Below are positions 23,901 to 36,589 of a stretch of 64,000 nucleotides of DNA, piece by piece (the first letter of the stretch is position 1; each line of letters starts with the position of its first letter). The stretch lies in the NCBI GenBank assembly GCA_034780895.1, contig JAUZTB010000087.1, forward strand, positions 91,780,204 through 91,844,203, read 5' to 3'. The notes beneath the pieces were generated by a model. The model ran no database searches. It was not told the origin of the DNA and worked only from the letters and a program-made list of their open reading frames with translations. This DNA is from Rhynchobatus australiae. Its lineage: Eukaryota. The translations under genes and the position numbers were made by a program.

Positions 23901-26900
23901 GGAGTTTGGCAATCTATCTCATTAGCAAATCCCATGCTGCTCTATTCTTAATGGCAGGCACAGAATGTTATGTGACCAACCCTCACATCTGCTGATGACC
24001 CAAGCAATAAAGGCATATTATCAACCCTCCCAAGACTGTTTTTTCAGCATCACTGGCAATATCTGAGGCCTGAATTTCCTTTATTATTGTGAATTAAACA
24101 AGAGTTCTTTTTTAATGGATTGGGGNNNNNNNNNNNNNNNNNNNNNNNNNNNNNNNNNNNNNNNNNNNNNNNNNNNNNNNNNNNNNNNNNNNNNNNNNNN
24201 NNNNNNNNNNNNNNNNNNNNNNNNNNNNNNNNNNNNNNNNNNNNNNNNNNNNNNNNNNNNNNNNNNNNNNNNNNNNNNNNNNNNNNNNNNNNNNNNNNNN
24301 NNNNNNNNNNNNNNNNNNNNNNNNNNNNNNNNNNNNNNNNNNNNNNNNNNNNNNNNNNNNNNNNNNNNNNNNNNNNNNNNNNNNNNNNNNNNNNNNNNNN
24401 NNNNNNNNNNNNNNNNNNNNNNNNNNNNNNNNNNNNNNNNNNNNNNNNNNNNNNNNNNNNNNNNNNNNNNNNNNNNNNNNNNAGTAAATTCAAATGAGAA
24501 TTTTTTTAAAGTTATTGTCAGTAATGTTAATGCATGGAACCTTGGATTGTTGTAAAAACCCTTCAGGTTCACTTATGACCTACATGGAAGGAAATATGCA
24601 GTCCTTACCCATTTTGGCCTATGTGTTGTAACACAACTTTATACAACATTATATGGGCCACAAGTGGAGTACTGGGTGCAGTTCTGGTTACTCCACTATA
24701 GGAATGATGTAATTGCACGAGAAAGGGTGCAATCACATTCCATTGTTCTCTTTTTCCTGCTGTCTAAAGTTCACTGGCTCCTGCACACAAGGATCCTTCC
24801 ACACACTGTACCCCATGTTGCCACCTTGTTTCTCTGCTGATTCTTTCTCCCTTTCTCTCATTTCTGAACCAGATGTCCAGAACAGCAAGGTTTACCTAGA
24901 GAGGGTGAGAATGTCAGTGTTCGAGCGAATATGGGATGTGATGCCTGGTCCTTAGCACTGCTGGCCCCAAACCAAAAAAATGTGCAGCAGGGGCGTAATA
25001 TTAAGGAATACACAATTTGAGCAAAATTGAAATTTAGGTTTATTCCCATCTCAAAACCTGTCGTAATTTTAATATCACTATTCTACCAGAAATCAGATAC
25101 AATAACTTGTTAAAAAGAGGACTGAACCTGGGATCTTTCTAATCTGTACGGTTCAGTTACCTAGTGCCATGCAGTTAAAAATATAAGACATATGAGCAGC
25201 AGCAGACAATATGGCTCGATGGCTGTGATCTGTGGGGGAGGGAGCAGGAGAACCACATATATACTGACAGAGTACTTTGTTGGTGCCAAGAGATTAATTT
25301 CTGATCCTTTAGTCCCTCTAAAATTATAAAAAAAACTTTGATTAATTTTTTTAAAGCATTTAAGAATCATCAGTTAGGATGCTAAGGATCAATACAAATG
25401 ATTAGAGGTGTCAGTAGCACATGGCTCACACATTCAAAACTGCAATTAGGAAACTAAATAGATCATTGGATCACAATTTTTATTTTGCATAACCTCCTGT
25501 CTGAAGACTGGAAACACATGTCCCCTGGCTACCAAGCCACCTGCATAAGTACTTTGACGTCTGAGCCAGCAAGCAGCCTATTTATATAGGCAATCTAATT
25601 TCTCAACCCTCATACATACCCTTAGATAATATGTAAAGCAGTATATGGTCCATTTCATCCCCTCACCTAAATCATTCATGAAATAAATAAACAAAGATCC
25701 TAACGTAGAGTGCTATTTAAGAAAATCTTATCCATCTTATGTGTTATGAAAATCTTATGTCAGATATTTTCCAGAAATCAAAGTATACAATTGTCTGATT
25801 ACAATAGCATAAATAAAGTGAATGAAGCAGGGTCTGTATTTCAAAGCCATGCTGGGACTCTGTACCGAGTTCTGATCTCTCCAGCAATCACAAATCAAAC
25901 TCTTACAATGCCTTAATATATCCCTCCAAAAACTTGCATCCCAATTGATCAGAATTAATAAAACCACCATTATTTTCCCTTAAGGACAAATATCTCAGTT
26001 TTATATATTCATATAGTATTTTCATTTGAAAAGCTGCAGTATTTTGCTTTCTTTTCTTGTTCAACTGTTTCAATTATAGTTTGGATTTGTACCTTCAACA
26101 TTTCCAGATTATTTGTTGTGTTAGCCCTCATGGCTGAACCAGCAGCCAAATAGTTTTTTTCAGTATAATGAAGATATTTTACACATAAATTTACTCTTAC
26201 CTGACTTTTTTCGGATTTATTTTCCATACAATTTCACTGGCATTTTGCACACTCATCTTCTTATCTAAATTACTGATGTCCTCATTTATGTTCTTCAATG
26301 GCATCATTTACTCAAGCTGGAGAAAAGAAACAATATCAAGTACAAGTTACAGGAAAATTAGAAACAGATTATTCGCTTCTGATGTATCATATATCAAGTT
26401 TGCTGTTTCTTAGCCACCTCCCTATTACTGCCTACTTGGCTATTATATATCATTTTGCATTTAAATATTTGCAAAAGGCTTACCTACTTTTAATTTATAT
26501 GGGTTTACTAGTAATCACCAGCTGAATGAATGATGACTCAAATCACCTACTTTAAGAGGAATTCCACTTTCACTGGCTGATCCCATGTATCCTATGTCCT
26601 TCCCAATACTTTCTCCAGATCCTGTCGGAATTAATTCTTTCCTCCAATTTATAGTTAAATANNNNNNNNNNGCTTTACTACACCTGGAATCAACAACTAG
26701 CAACAAACTACAGATTTTTTGAAATAAAGCACCCGTTTAATGCAAGTGATATGAATCAGCTAACGAGACTTCTAATATCAAAGCCAACAGCAACATAGTC
26801 TAATGAGACAGAAAATGTTGTTGGTACGTAATAAGAAATACAGCAGACAACTCTAATTGAAAAGTTATGATGCATCAAATGACATCCCTCAAACTTGTAT

Positions 26901-28595
26901 TTTCATGTTTCAACAAAGAAAAAAATGTTAAATAAAACAAATCTAGAAATTTAACTCATACATTTTAAATCAAATCCTGACAGACTTGAAGTACCAGTAT
27001 TTATATTTCAGAATTACAGTAATTGCAGTTTTTAAATATTTATGTCTGTCAACCAATTTTCCAAATATATTGGTACTGTCACAGTAAATCTAAGAAATTT
27101 CAGTGTTGCTTCTCAACCACCAAAATGATACTTCAGTCTTTTCCTTTACAGATTAAGAAGGGGCTACTGGAAAGTTTACTCCCTCATGGCCTACGTTTAT
27201 ATAGTCCTTCCACAATCATTCAAAATACTCCCTTTACAGAACCTTGCAACATAGAAATGCACCTCCTATGTCAACAAGTCCATATTGATATTTATTTCCA
27301 GACAACTTGTCAAATCTCTCTTGCTCATTTCCATTCCATTTAATACTTCTCTTTCAAGATAACTCCCAAATAACTTACAAACACTGCTTCAATTGTGGTT
27401 TGGGCAGAGTATTCCACATTTTAACCACCTTCTAAAAATGTTCTTATCATTTCTTTGGTTCTTCTTGTGACTATCTGAAATGTATGTGCATATTACAATC
27501 TTGTCTATCTGAACTGAAGCCTACAAGGAACCATGGCATTGTGTCACTGATGTAAAGCCTCAGTGTTTCAATTTGTGTTGCTATAATGTTGCTTAAAGGT
27601 AACAAAACTACACAAATTAATTTTTCACTTTGGAAGACTGAGAAATTTAATACTAAGGGAATTGTACTATCTGCTGGCAGTTTAATGTTGCTCCTTGCTG
27701 AGACGATAACAGAGATATCAACAGAATATCAGAAAATGCTGGAAATGCTCAGCAGGTCAGTCTGCATCTGTGGGGAAAGAAACAGAGTTACCATTTCAGG
27801 CTGAAGTCCCTTTGTCAGAAGAGTTTTCGACATGAAACATGTCGATGCGGCCTAAGCTGCTGAGTATTTCCAGCCTTTATTTTAGATTTTCAGCATCTAC
27901 AGTTATTTTTATCAACAGAATATCCTTAATTGAAGGCAGTAAATTCTCAGTCGTGACTAGTTCAACATTGTATCAAATGTCATGCCACATGATACATTCA
28001 GTTTTTAGAGGAACACTTGCACTTTATACACAACGAGGATCAAAGATATAGAGATATAGAAGGAAAGTGGGCCTAAGGCAGAGGATCATTCACAAACTTC
28101 TTAAGTGGCAAAGCAGACTGAAAGGGTTATATGGTCCTGCTCCCGTTTCTATTTCCTGTGTTAGTAGGATTCACAAGAATATAAGATGTTCTCCAATAAA
28201 TCCAGTGGGAAGTTCCAAGGAAACCACTCTACCAAGAGAGTCGTGAAGAATGTGGACATTCTACCACAAGAAGCAATTGAGGCAAAAGGAGAAATAGAAA
28301 TAAATGCTGGGACATTGTTAGATGCTGAGGACTTATTTCCTTTTTGAGGAATCTGGAACCACAGGGCATTGTTTCAGAATACAGAGCTGCTCATTTAAGA
28401 TAGAGAAGCAATTTCCTCTCTCAGGGGTTGTGAATTCTCTGAGATCTGTGGAAGCTGAATCATTGAAATTGATTCCTCCAGGCCTCAGATAAACAGATTT
28501 TTTTTCTTCCAGAGAAGTTCTGGGGAACAAGTAGGAAAGTGGAGCTGAGGCCAAGATCAGATCAGCCATATTTTGGACGGGCAACTCCTGTTAAT

Positions 28596-28833
28596 ATTAT
28601 TAATATCACGATCTACCCTGTTGTGACCTTGCACCTTATTGCACTGCACTTTCTCTGTAGCTGGGACACTTTACTTTGTACAGTTATTGTTTTTATCTGT
28701 ACTACATCAATGCACTCTGTACTAACTCAATGTAACCGCACTGTGTAATGAATTGACGTGTATAATCGATTTGCAAGACAAAGTTTTTCACTGTACCGCA
28801 GTACAAGTGACAATAATAAACCAATACCAATAC
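28596..28833 (+). mobile_element. Rex1/Babar LINE 3' tail (5'-truncated)
   Basis: Near-identical to 31470-31608 and ends 'gtacaagtgacaataataaaccaataccaatac'. Flanked by a possible target-site duplication gttaat (28590-28595 and 28834-28839). Confidence 0.75.
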
Positions 28834-28999
28834 GTTAATGGCAGTGTTCAGCAGGAGGAGGGTATGGAGTATTAACAGCAACATAGCCTAGTCTCTCTGC
28901 TGTGGATTGTTTACAATACAACGCGAACACAATATATTTGTGTTTAGGTTCCACAAATTATATTTTATAGTTGCCGCCGACATCCAAACTAATAAGAAA

Positions 29000-29450
29000 A
29001 CTGTGATTGGCTACAACGCGCCGTCACTTACAGGCCACACGCCCCTCCGACGTCAGAGGGCTCGGCGCCCTGTCACGTGACCCTACGCCTCGGTCACCGA
29101 GGAGACCCGCTCGCAACTCGACACGCGGGTTGGTGACGTATTTGTCAATGGACCGAGATCCGTCACCGAGAAAAATGGCCGATGAGGACGATGAGCCGGC
29201 GGTGAGTCTGCTCCCTTCAGATGCCGAGAGTGTTGGCTGTAATGACGGGTGTGTTGGATTCGGGTTGTCGCTGCCATCTGACAGTAGCACTCGAGGCACA
29301 GAAACGCGTTTAAAGCGGTGAAATAAAAGCAGAAAGGGCTGGAAACACTCAGCCGGTCGGGCAGCATCCGTGGGAAGGGAAGCGGTTGGGATCGAGGACA
29401 CGCTCGTCTGGACGGCGGGTCCCGGGCCAGCAACGTCAGCGGTTTCTGTT
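29000..29450 (+). promoter_or_regulatory. TAF13 CpG-island promoter
   Basis: Sharp CpG/GC enrichment around exon 1. Motifs: inverted CCAAT 29006-29010, KLF/SP-like gccacacgcccc 29034-29045, CRE-like cgacgtca 29048-29055, GTCACGTGAC 29072-29081, ggtgacgta 29132-29140, and YY1-type aaaatggcc over the ATG. Confidence 0.85.
29175..29201 (+). CDS. TAF13: TFIID subunit 13, exon 1 (MADEDDEPA)
   Basis: aaaaATGgcc Kozak context, 27 nt, donor GCG|gtgagt. Matches the recalled human N-terminus MADEEEDPT. Confidence 0.93.
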
Positions 29451-29902
29451 CCCATAGGTTCTGCCTGACCTGCTTGATTATTTCCACCAGTTTGTGTTGT
29501 TATTTCAGGTTTCTAGCATCTGCAGTTTTTTTTAAATTTTCACTTAAAACTGTAAAATGTGGCTGCTAATTTTAACAAAAACTGCAGATCCAAATCAGAC
29601 CCTTGGGTAAAGCAGCAATAAAGTAGGAAATTAAGCTAAGCTGTGTGTAACTATTTTTCTGTTCATTGCAAAGTTTGTAATTTGGTGGGGAATCTATATA
29701 TGATGGTAGAGGTTGTGGGTTTAGGAGATGCTATTGGAGTACCCTAAGAAAGTGACTGTTATGCATTTTGTGGATACAACCACTGTATGCTGGTGGTGTA
29801 GAGAATGAATATTCAAAAAGTGGAGATGGTTCCAGTCAAGTGGGCTGCTTTGTTCTAGATGTTGTGGTGCTACGTGAGAGCTGTTGGAGTTGCAGTCACA
29901 CA

Positions 29903-31870
29903 AGAAAATAGGAGCAGGAGTAAGCCACTAGGTCTATCAAGCCTGCCCTGCCTATCAATGTGATCATGGCTGATCTGTGCTGGCCAGATCCCTGTAGCCT
30001 TCAGTTCCTTGATCTTTCAAATATTTATCTACTTCCACCTTAAATATGTCTAATGATCTGGCTTCCTCTGCTCTCTGTGGCAGAGAATTCCAAAGTTTTA
30101 CTACCCTCTGAGAGAAACATTTTCTACACATCTCACTTTTAAATTATCACCCCCATATCTTGTGATCATATTCCCTTGTGTGAGACTATCCCACTAGTGC
30201 AAACATCTCAATATCTACCCCGTCAAGCCCCCTTTGGATATTTTTATGTTTGAGTAAGGTTACCCTCATTCATCTAAACTGTAAGGAATACAGACCCAAA
30301 CTGTCTAGTCTGTCTTGATAGGATAATCCTCTCATCCCAAGAATTAAACTGATGAATCTCCTTTCAACTGCCTTCAATACTATTATATGCTTTTTTTATG
30401 CAAGGGGACCAAAACTGTGCACAGTACTCCAGATGTAGCCTCACCAATGCCCTGAACAATTGCAACAAAATCTCCCTTGTCTATTTTTAAACTAGTCCCT
30501 TTGGAATACTCCAGATGTAGCCTCACCAACACCCTGATCAACCTCAAGAGTGTGTTCTCCTGAGGCGCCAACACCCTTGACCACTGCTATACAACCATCA
30601 AAGATGCCTTCCGAGCCACCCCTCATCCTCACTTTGGGAAATCAGACCACCTGACTGTGCTCGTCCTCCCCGAATACAAACAGAAACTGAAACAGAAGGA
30701 TCCAGTACAGACAGTCGTGTAGTGCTGATCTGAGGAAATAGATGAGCTCCTGCGTGACTGCTTTGTGACAGTGGACTGGTCCATGTTCAAAGACTCAGCT
30801 GCCAGCCTGGAGGAGTATGTCACCACCATCAGAGGCTGTGTGTGTGGAGACTCAGCAAGTGTGTGGAGGACTGTGTACCAAAGGCAACAATACGGGTGTT
30901 CCCAAACAGGAAACCATGGATGAACCGGGAGATCCACTCCTCACTGAAGTCGAGGACTGCTGCACAAATCTGGTGATCCTGATCTGTACAAGAAATCGAG
31001 ATATGACCTTCGGAAAGCTATCAGGGATGCCAAGAGGCAACACCGACTCAAAATAGAGTCCCTGTCCAGCCGTCAATTAAGGCAGGGCTTACATACCATA
31101 AAAGGCTACAAGACCAAGTCAGGCTGCATAGCTAACAACAGCGCATCCCTTCCTGATGAACTTAACGCATTCTATGTGCGTTTTGAACAGAAGGGAAGTG
31201 GATTGTCACCATCCACCCTGACAGCCTCCAATGCAGCTGAACCTGTGATCACAGTGGAGGACGTAAGATCNNNNNNNNNNNNNNNNNNNNNNNNNNNNNN
31301 NNNNNNNNNNNNNNNNNNNNNNNNNNNNNNNNNNNNNNNNNNNNNNNNNNNNNNNNNNNNNNNNNNNNNNNNNNNNNNNNNNNNNNNNNNNNNNNNNNNN
31401 NNNNNNNNNNNNNNNNNNNNNNNNNNNNNNNNNNNNNNNNNNNNNNNNNNNNNNNNNNNNNNNNNNNNNTTTTTACCTGTACTACATCAATGCACTCTGT
31501 ACTAACCCAATGTAACTGCACTGTGTAATGAATTGACCTATACAATTGGTATGCAAGACAAGTTTTTCACTGTACCTCGGTACAAGTGACAATAATAAAC
31601 CAATACCAACAATTACAATGAAACCTTCCTTGTCTTGTCTTGTCTATTTTTAAACTGCAATCCCTTTGCAATAAAGGATAAAATTCTGTTTCCTTCTTAA
31701 CAACTTGTTGGACCTGCCTACTAACTTTTTGTGATTTGTGCTCTAGAACACCCAGATCCCTATGTACTTCATCATTTGCAATCTCTCTGCATTTTGATTA
31801 AAAACTGCCTTTTGACTCCTCTTAGCAAAGTGTATGACCTCACTCTTTCCACATTCAAACTCATTTTCCA
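29903..31870 (-). mobile_element. CR1-type LINE 3' part, split by a Rex1 insertion
   Basis: Begins with the 'agaaataggagcaggagtaagccactagg' tail. CR1 motifs (LVRLHLEY, TVLVP) run to ~30536 and resume at ~31609. Confidence 0.7.
30537..31608 (+). mobile_element. Rex1/Babar LINE fragment containing a gap
   Basis: Translates to NTLDHCYTTIKDAFRATPHPHFGKSDHLTVLVLPEYKQKLK, RDCFVTVDWSMFK and ASLPDELNAFYVRFE, typical of Rex1 endonuclease/linker regions. Has the same 3' tail as 28596-28833. Confidence 0.85.
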
Positions 31871-32099
31871 AGGCTTTATCACACACTTAGATCACCAGGC
31901 CTAACAACTCTTTGTATGGCTTGATGACAAACTATCCAACAGGCCACTCAGCCACTCAAGACTTTTCTAGTATTTAATAAGGTCATGGCTGATTTGATTG
32001 TTACCTCAACTCTGCATTCCTGCCAGCCTGGATATTTTGTTTATGGTAACAAGCTTAGCAGTGGTCACTGGCCTTTGAGTCTGTGCAGCCAAACAAAGA

Positions 32100-32330
32100 G
32101 AGGAAGAGAGAGCAGCTTCCATCATATCCAGCAGGAAGTGATGAGAGAGACTCGGGTCAAAGCAATCTATCAGTACATGGAGCAGGTGCTGCTGGTCCTC
32201 ACCCACATCTTGTTAATGAGCACTGCTGCACTGCTTTCCCCAGCCTGCCTAACACCAGCCCTCACTGGCAGCCTCTCCACGCCAACCCTTGGGTAATTCT
32301 TTGTTGTGGGAGCATCAGGGAAAAATAGGA
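32100..32330 (-). mobile_element. Possible L1/Tx1-clade zinc-finger (zf-RVT) relic
   Basis: Frameshifted minus-strand pieces QGLAW, LPVRA, C..TRCG and LLHVLIDC resemble the recalled Tx1 motif QDLAW...ALPVR...CP..CG.EET..HL..DC. Confidence 0.35.
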
Positions 32331-33005
32331 ATCCGTATCGAGTTCCCAGTAGGGCAGCATGAAATCTGAATGGACGTTTGTTTTTGAAGTATAGGGAATG
32401 GGTTTGATGGTCACAGCCTTCTTTAACGCACTTGGAGAGAAGGAAGTGATCAAGGATTTTGCTTTTGCAGCAATGTCACAGCAATGTCCATTTGGAATCT
32501 TTAGACTACGTGTGAATGTACTCTTTTAGGGCTGAGATCAAATCAGAAATTTCAGATCATTTATTGTTTAATCAGCTGCATTTCAATATTTGTTTCTAAT
32601 TCCTATCCTTGTATTTGTTCTGGCCAAATTAAGCATGTGGGGATTTGTGTGCCAAAGTGTGGTCTTGGTGACTCAAGGATGGTTAGAAGAATTTCTACTT
32701 GCTGCTCTGAATAGATCCAAAATTGTTGAATCTAGAACTACTGGGATGGATGGGGGTGATATCGTGCTGTAAATTTGCAGCATTGGATAAACTTGACCAA
32801 AAAATATGTTTCTAGTAAATGTATAATAAATATCTTGGTTTTTAGCTGTATCCTGGTGATTAATCAATGTGACCTCTCATACAGCTCTAGGAGATACAAA
32901 GCAATTCTGTGCATATGGTACATTAGCAATGCATCCTTACTCACTTTATGGTTGGACAGAGCAAAGGAAAAGTGTAATCTTTGTGTTTTTTTTTTGCATT
33001 TATAG

Positions 33006-33084
33006 TTTGATGAAGATGTGGAGGAGAGTGGAAGTGGTGCAGAGGGTGGACAAGGCAGAAGAAAAAGATTATTTTCCAAGGAAT
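33006..33084 (+). CDS. TAF13: TAF13 exon 2 (FDEDVEESGSGAEGGQGRRKRLFSKE)
   Basis: Acceptor ttttttgcatttatag|, 79 nt, donor T|gtatgt (phase 1). Confidence 0.95.
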
Positions 33085-33965
33085 GTATGTCAATTCTGCT
33101 AAACTATTGGAAATCAATAATCCATTACTAAGTTAATAATATGTAAAAATTAAACAAATTTTCTGTAGACTGCAGCTAAAATTCAACTCATAGTACTGTT
33201 TTCACTGACTATTCACCAATTAATTCATCATCATCATGTTTTTATTGATCATTTGATATGATTTTGAGAGGTTTGTTTTGAATGATCAGAATTTGTGATC
33301 TTTTCGTTTTCATAAGGAAATGCAGTGACATTTATTCAAAACCTTCACAAACCTTTCCTATAGTTTTGTTTATTGCAAACTTCCTTATTGTAACACCTGC
33401 TGGAGTATTGAAAAAACAGTCAGAATAGAAATTTGATTTTTTTTGGAATTTTTTTTCCTTTTATCGATCTAATTCAAAGATGTGTTATTAATTAGATGTG
33501 TAAATTGTACACCTCCTTTTAAGGTCATAAGCACATACATTTTGCCGTTAACTTGCTGTGAAGAAGCAGATGTGTATGGAACAGGAGAAAACTGTTGGCT
33601 GACCACAATGATGTTGGCCTAAAAGACCTATCCAGTCTAATCCTACTTACCAGCTTGTCATTTGTAGTCATGTTAGTGCACCAAATGCTCTTTGAATGCA
33701 TTTGAAATGCGATTTAAGGGTTTCAACCTCATGGGCACTAAGTTCCATCCTGGAATCATGCCTGCAGCTACAGCCTGCACATCTTCCAATAATTATTGAA
33801 TATCCTGTCACCTTCAGTAGATTAATTGCTTTAATTAACTTTAGTACTGATTATTACTGATCATATTTCCAAGTAAATGTTAAGATTAGGCACTTGCAGT
33901 AGATATTGAAAGCTTATTAAATTATAACAGTTGAACATTTTGAAATTCATGTTCTTTCCAAACAG

Positions 33966-34063
33966 TGAGATGTATGATGTATGGCTTCGGGGATGACCAG
34001 AATCCTTATACTGAATCAGTGGACATCCTGGAGGATCTCGTTATAGAATTTATCACTGAAATG
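33966..34063 (+). CDS. TAF13: TAF13 exon 3 (LRCMMYGFGDDQNPYTESVDILEDLVIEFITEM)
   Basis: Acceptor ttctttccaaacag|, 98 nt, donor ATG|gtgaga. The histone-fold segment is essentially identical to recalled human TAF13. Confidence 0.97.
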
Positions 34064-35414
34064 GTGAGATTAGCTACACAAATTGTTTTAATTGTCTGCA
34101 AATAAATTTGATTATTTACAATGGCATATAGAGTTTAAATTTGGGAGAATTTGCTGCTGAAAACACTTTTTTCAAAGCATCATTACAATATATCTTAATC
34201 GAGTTCATACAAGCCATTCATTGCACTATTCAATTCAAATAAAGTTGTGAAAATGTTTCATTCAAAAGTGAATCAAAATTGCAAATGGAATTCAAGGNNN
34301 NNNNNNNNNNNNNNNNNNNNNNNNNNNNNNNNNNNNNNNNNNNNNNNNNNNNNNNNNNNNNNNNNNNNNNNNNNNNNNNNNNNNNNNNNNNNNNNNNATT
34401 ATACCAAATTTAAACAGTATAGAATGACATGAACTAAAGGAAGTTATTCAGCCTTGATTGATCTGCAGCTTTTTGGGAGAAACATCTGATTAGTCTCAAG
34501 GCCAATTGTTAGTATCAACATTGTCTCCTACATCCTTTCAGGCAGTGCATGATGCCAAATCATAACGATTCATTACATAAAAGAAATTTTGTTTGCCTTA
34601 GAATTGTTTTGCCAATTATTTTAAATCTGGCTATAGGTCATGGATTTGTATACTTTCTCTATTTCATTTGCTTTCTTGAATGCCCAGTCTAGATTATGCT
34701 TCCATCATTTTTCTCATTTGCAGGGATGGCTTTCATAATTGTAGTTGCTTACTGTATCCCTCACACAATTCATGATATCTGCTTCCTGCCAAGTGAAGGC
34801 TCCAAACCATGTTTGAAGGTTGTATAATGACCAACTAATGACTTTTTTTGAGACAAGGGTCACCAAGATCTGTTAGGTGTTGAGGTAATTCCCAGCCAAC
34901 ATTATTAATGTTGAAATAAAGGTAGCTTCCAATGAGAAACTTGGACCACACCTTATTTTTCCTAAACGGGGGAGATTTGCAGCACACCAAAGCTGTGTCA
35001 ATTGACTAGCCAGCCTGATTGACTTGCAGCTTTTGAAGGAGTGGGATTGACGTTGGGTTCTGCAACACAATTAGTCAGACATGACTCTCTGAGAGTCTGC
35101 ACTCCATATCGATGAACAGAATCTCCAAGAATATAGAGCTTTATTAAACTCTGAGGAATAGAATATTTTTTCCAACATTTCTGGATTTGCTGTGCCAATT
35201 TGCTTAAGACAATTTATACAGTTCAGTTATGACAAACTTCGTGGTAAATATATCAAATTTCTATTATTGCCTTCATGAATCTTAGGTTCTTTCACATCCT
35301 AGGGCTGTTTATCATCTGTTGCAGATATCTGTCCAAATAAATGGATGTGGTACTGCAGTATATTTTTTGCTTTTTTTTAAACATAATCGTTACTTGTAAT
35401 TTTTTACTACATAG

Positions 35415-35585
35415 ACTCACAAGGCCATGTCAATAGGACGTCAGGGGCGAGTTCAAGTAGAAGATATTGTCTTTCTCATTCGTAAAGATCCCAGGAAGTT
35501 CGCAAGAGTGAAAGACCTGCTGACAATGAATGAAGAATTGAAACGTGCCAGGAAAGCCTTTGATGAAGCTAATTATGGCTCTTAG
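35415..35585 (+). CDS. TAF13: TAF13 exon 4 (THKAMSIGRQGRVQVEDIVFLIRKDPRKFARVKDLLTMNEELKRARKAFDEANYGS*)
   Basis: Acceptor tttttactacatag|, 171 nt ending in TAG. Total CDS is 375 nt (124 aa). Confidence 0.97.
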   Translation, partial: THKAMSIGRQGRVQVEDIVFLIRKDPRKFARVKDLLTMNEELKRARKAFDEANYGS

Positions 35586-36576
35586 TTTCAGAAGGTGCCA
35601 TGTCATAGAGCTAATGGTAACTCAATTTTGCCCGCCTCTGAAACATTTACTTGAAGCACAATGTTTCACCCAGGATCTGACTACAAATATCAATATGGTA
35701 GGATAAGATATAGAGATAATTTGGTAAGATGGAGCAGTAAAGTTCAAATTAGCTGCATTGCTGCAGAGAGATATGCAGATTTGTTTACTTTTTTCATCAA
35801 TGTAAACATTATTGGACTGAATTAACTGAATGGAGCAATTCTTGTAGTCTGTCTTTAAAAGATTTATGTACATATCAGAAAAAATTATTGTGCACGGTAA
35901 CTATAAATTGGCCTATTTTACTGTAGTAAATATTATTGAAATCTGATGTTAATGAAAAGCAAATAGTCTTCAAGTGAAACGGAATTGGAGGGCAAGAAAC
36001 AATTGGACCAGAGGTGCAGAAGTAATACTCTACCCATTTTAATTTATAATAGTATATTATGTATGTATTTTGCAATAGAAAGTGACAACTGAACTTGTCT
36101 TGCAGTCATTAGACCCTCCTACAAATAATTTCGGGGATAAGGTGTAAAGATAGTTTGACAAGTTTATGTATAAAGTTTCCATTATAAATGTGGATGTTTT
36201 AATGTATGATGTTGACAAAAAGTATACATTGGCAATATTTGCATAAAAACAAACTAAAATATTACAAGACACTTAATAGGAGCATTACATCAGAGTATCA
36301 GAGATTTCTTTTGGAGCTGCTTTGATTGTATTTTAGCAGCTACATACTTTGTTTGGTCCGAGACATTTGTATGAAAGTACTTTGTTCAAATTTGGGACCC
36401 TCTCTAAAACATTCATATAATCAAACCAAAGATCATTCCATGGATAATGATGAAATAAAAACAAACAAAATACTGTGCATATTATAATTTATTACAATTG
36501 TGTGACCTTTAATTTTTCACTAACTCTTTGTAAAATGTACAATATCATGTCTACTTTAACTCACATTTTTACGCTT

Positions 36577-36582
36577 AATAAA
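36577..36582 (+). terminator. Candidate TAF13 polyadenylation signal AATAAA (alternative at 36454-36459)
   Basis: AATAAA about 1 kb after the stop, followed by a T-rich stretch. The sequence alone cannot show which signal is used. Confidence 0.45.
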
Positions 36583-36589
36583 GTCTAAA

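Noticed and set aside
29007-29487. Three overlapping 104-143 aa ORFs at the TAF13 promoter
   Set aside because: Expected from stop-codon scarcity in a CpG island. Only MADEDDEPA is a real exon.
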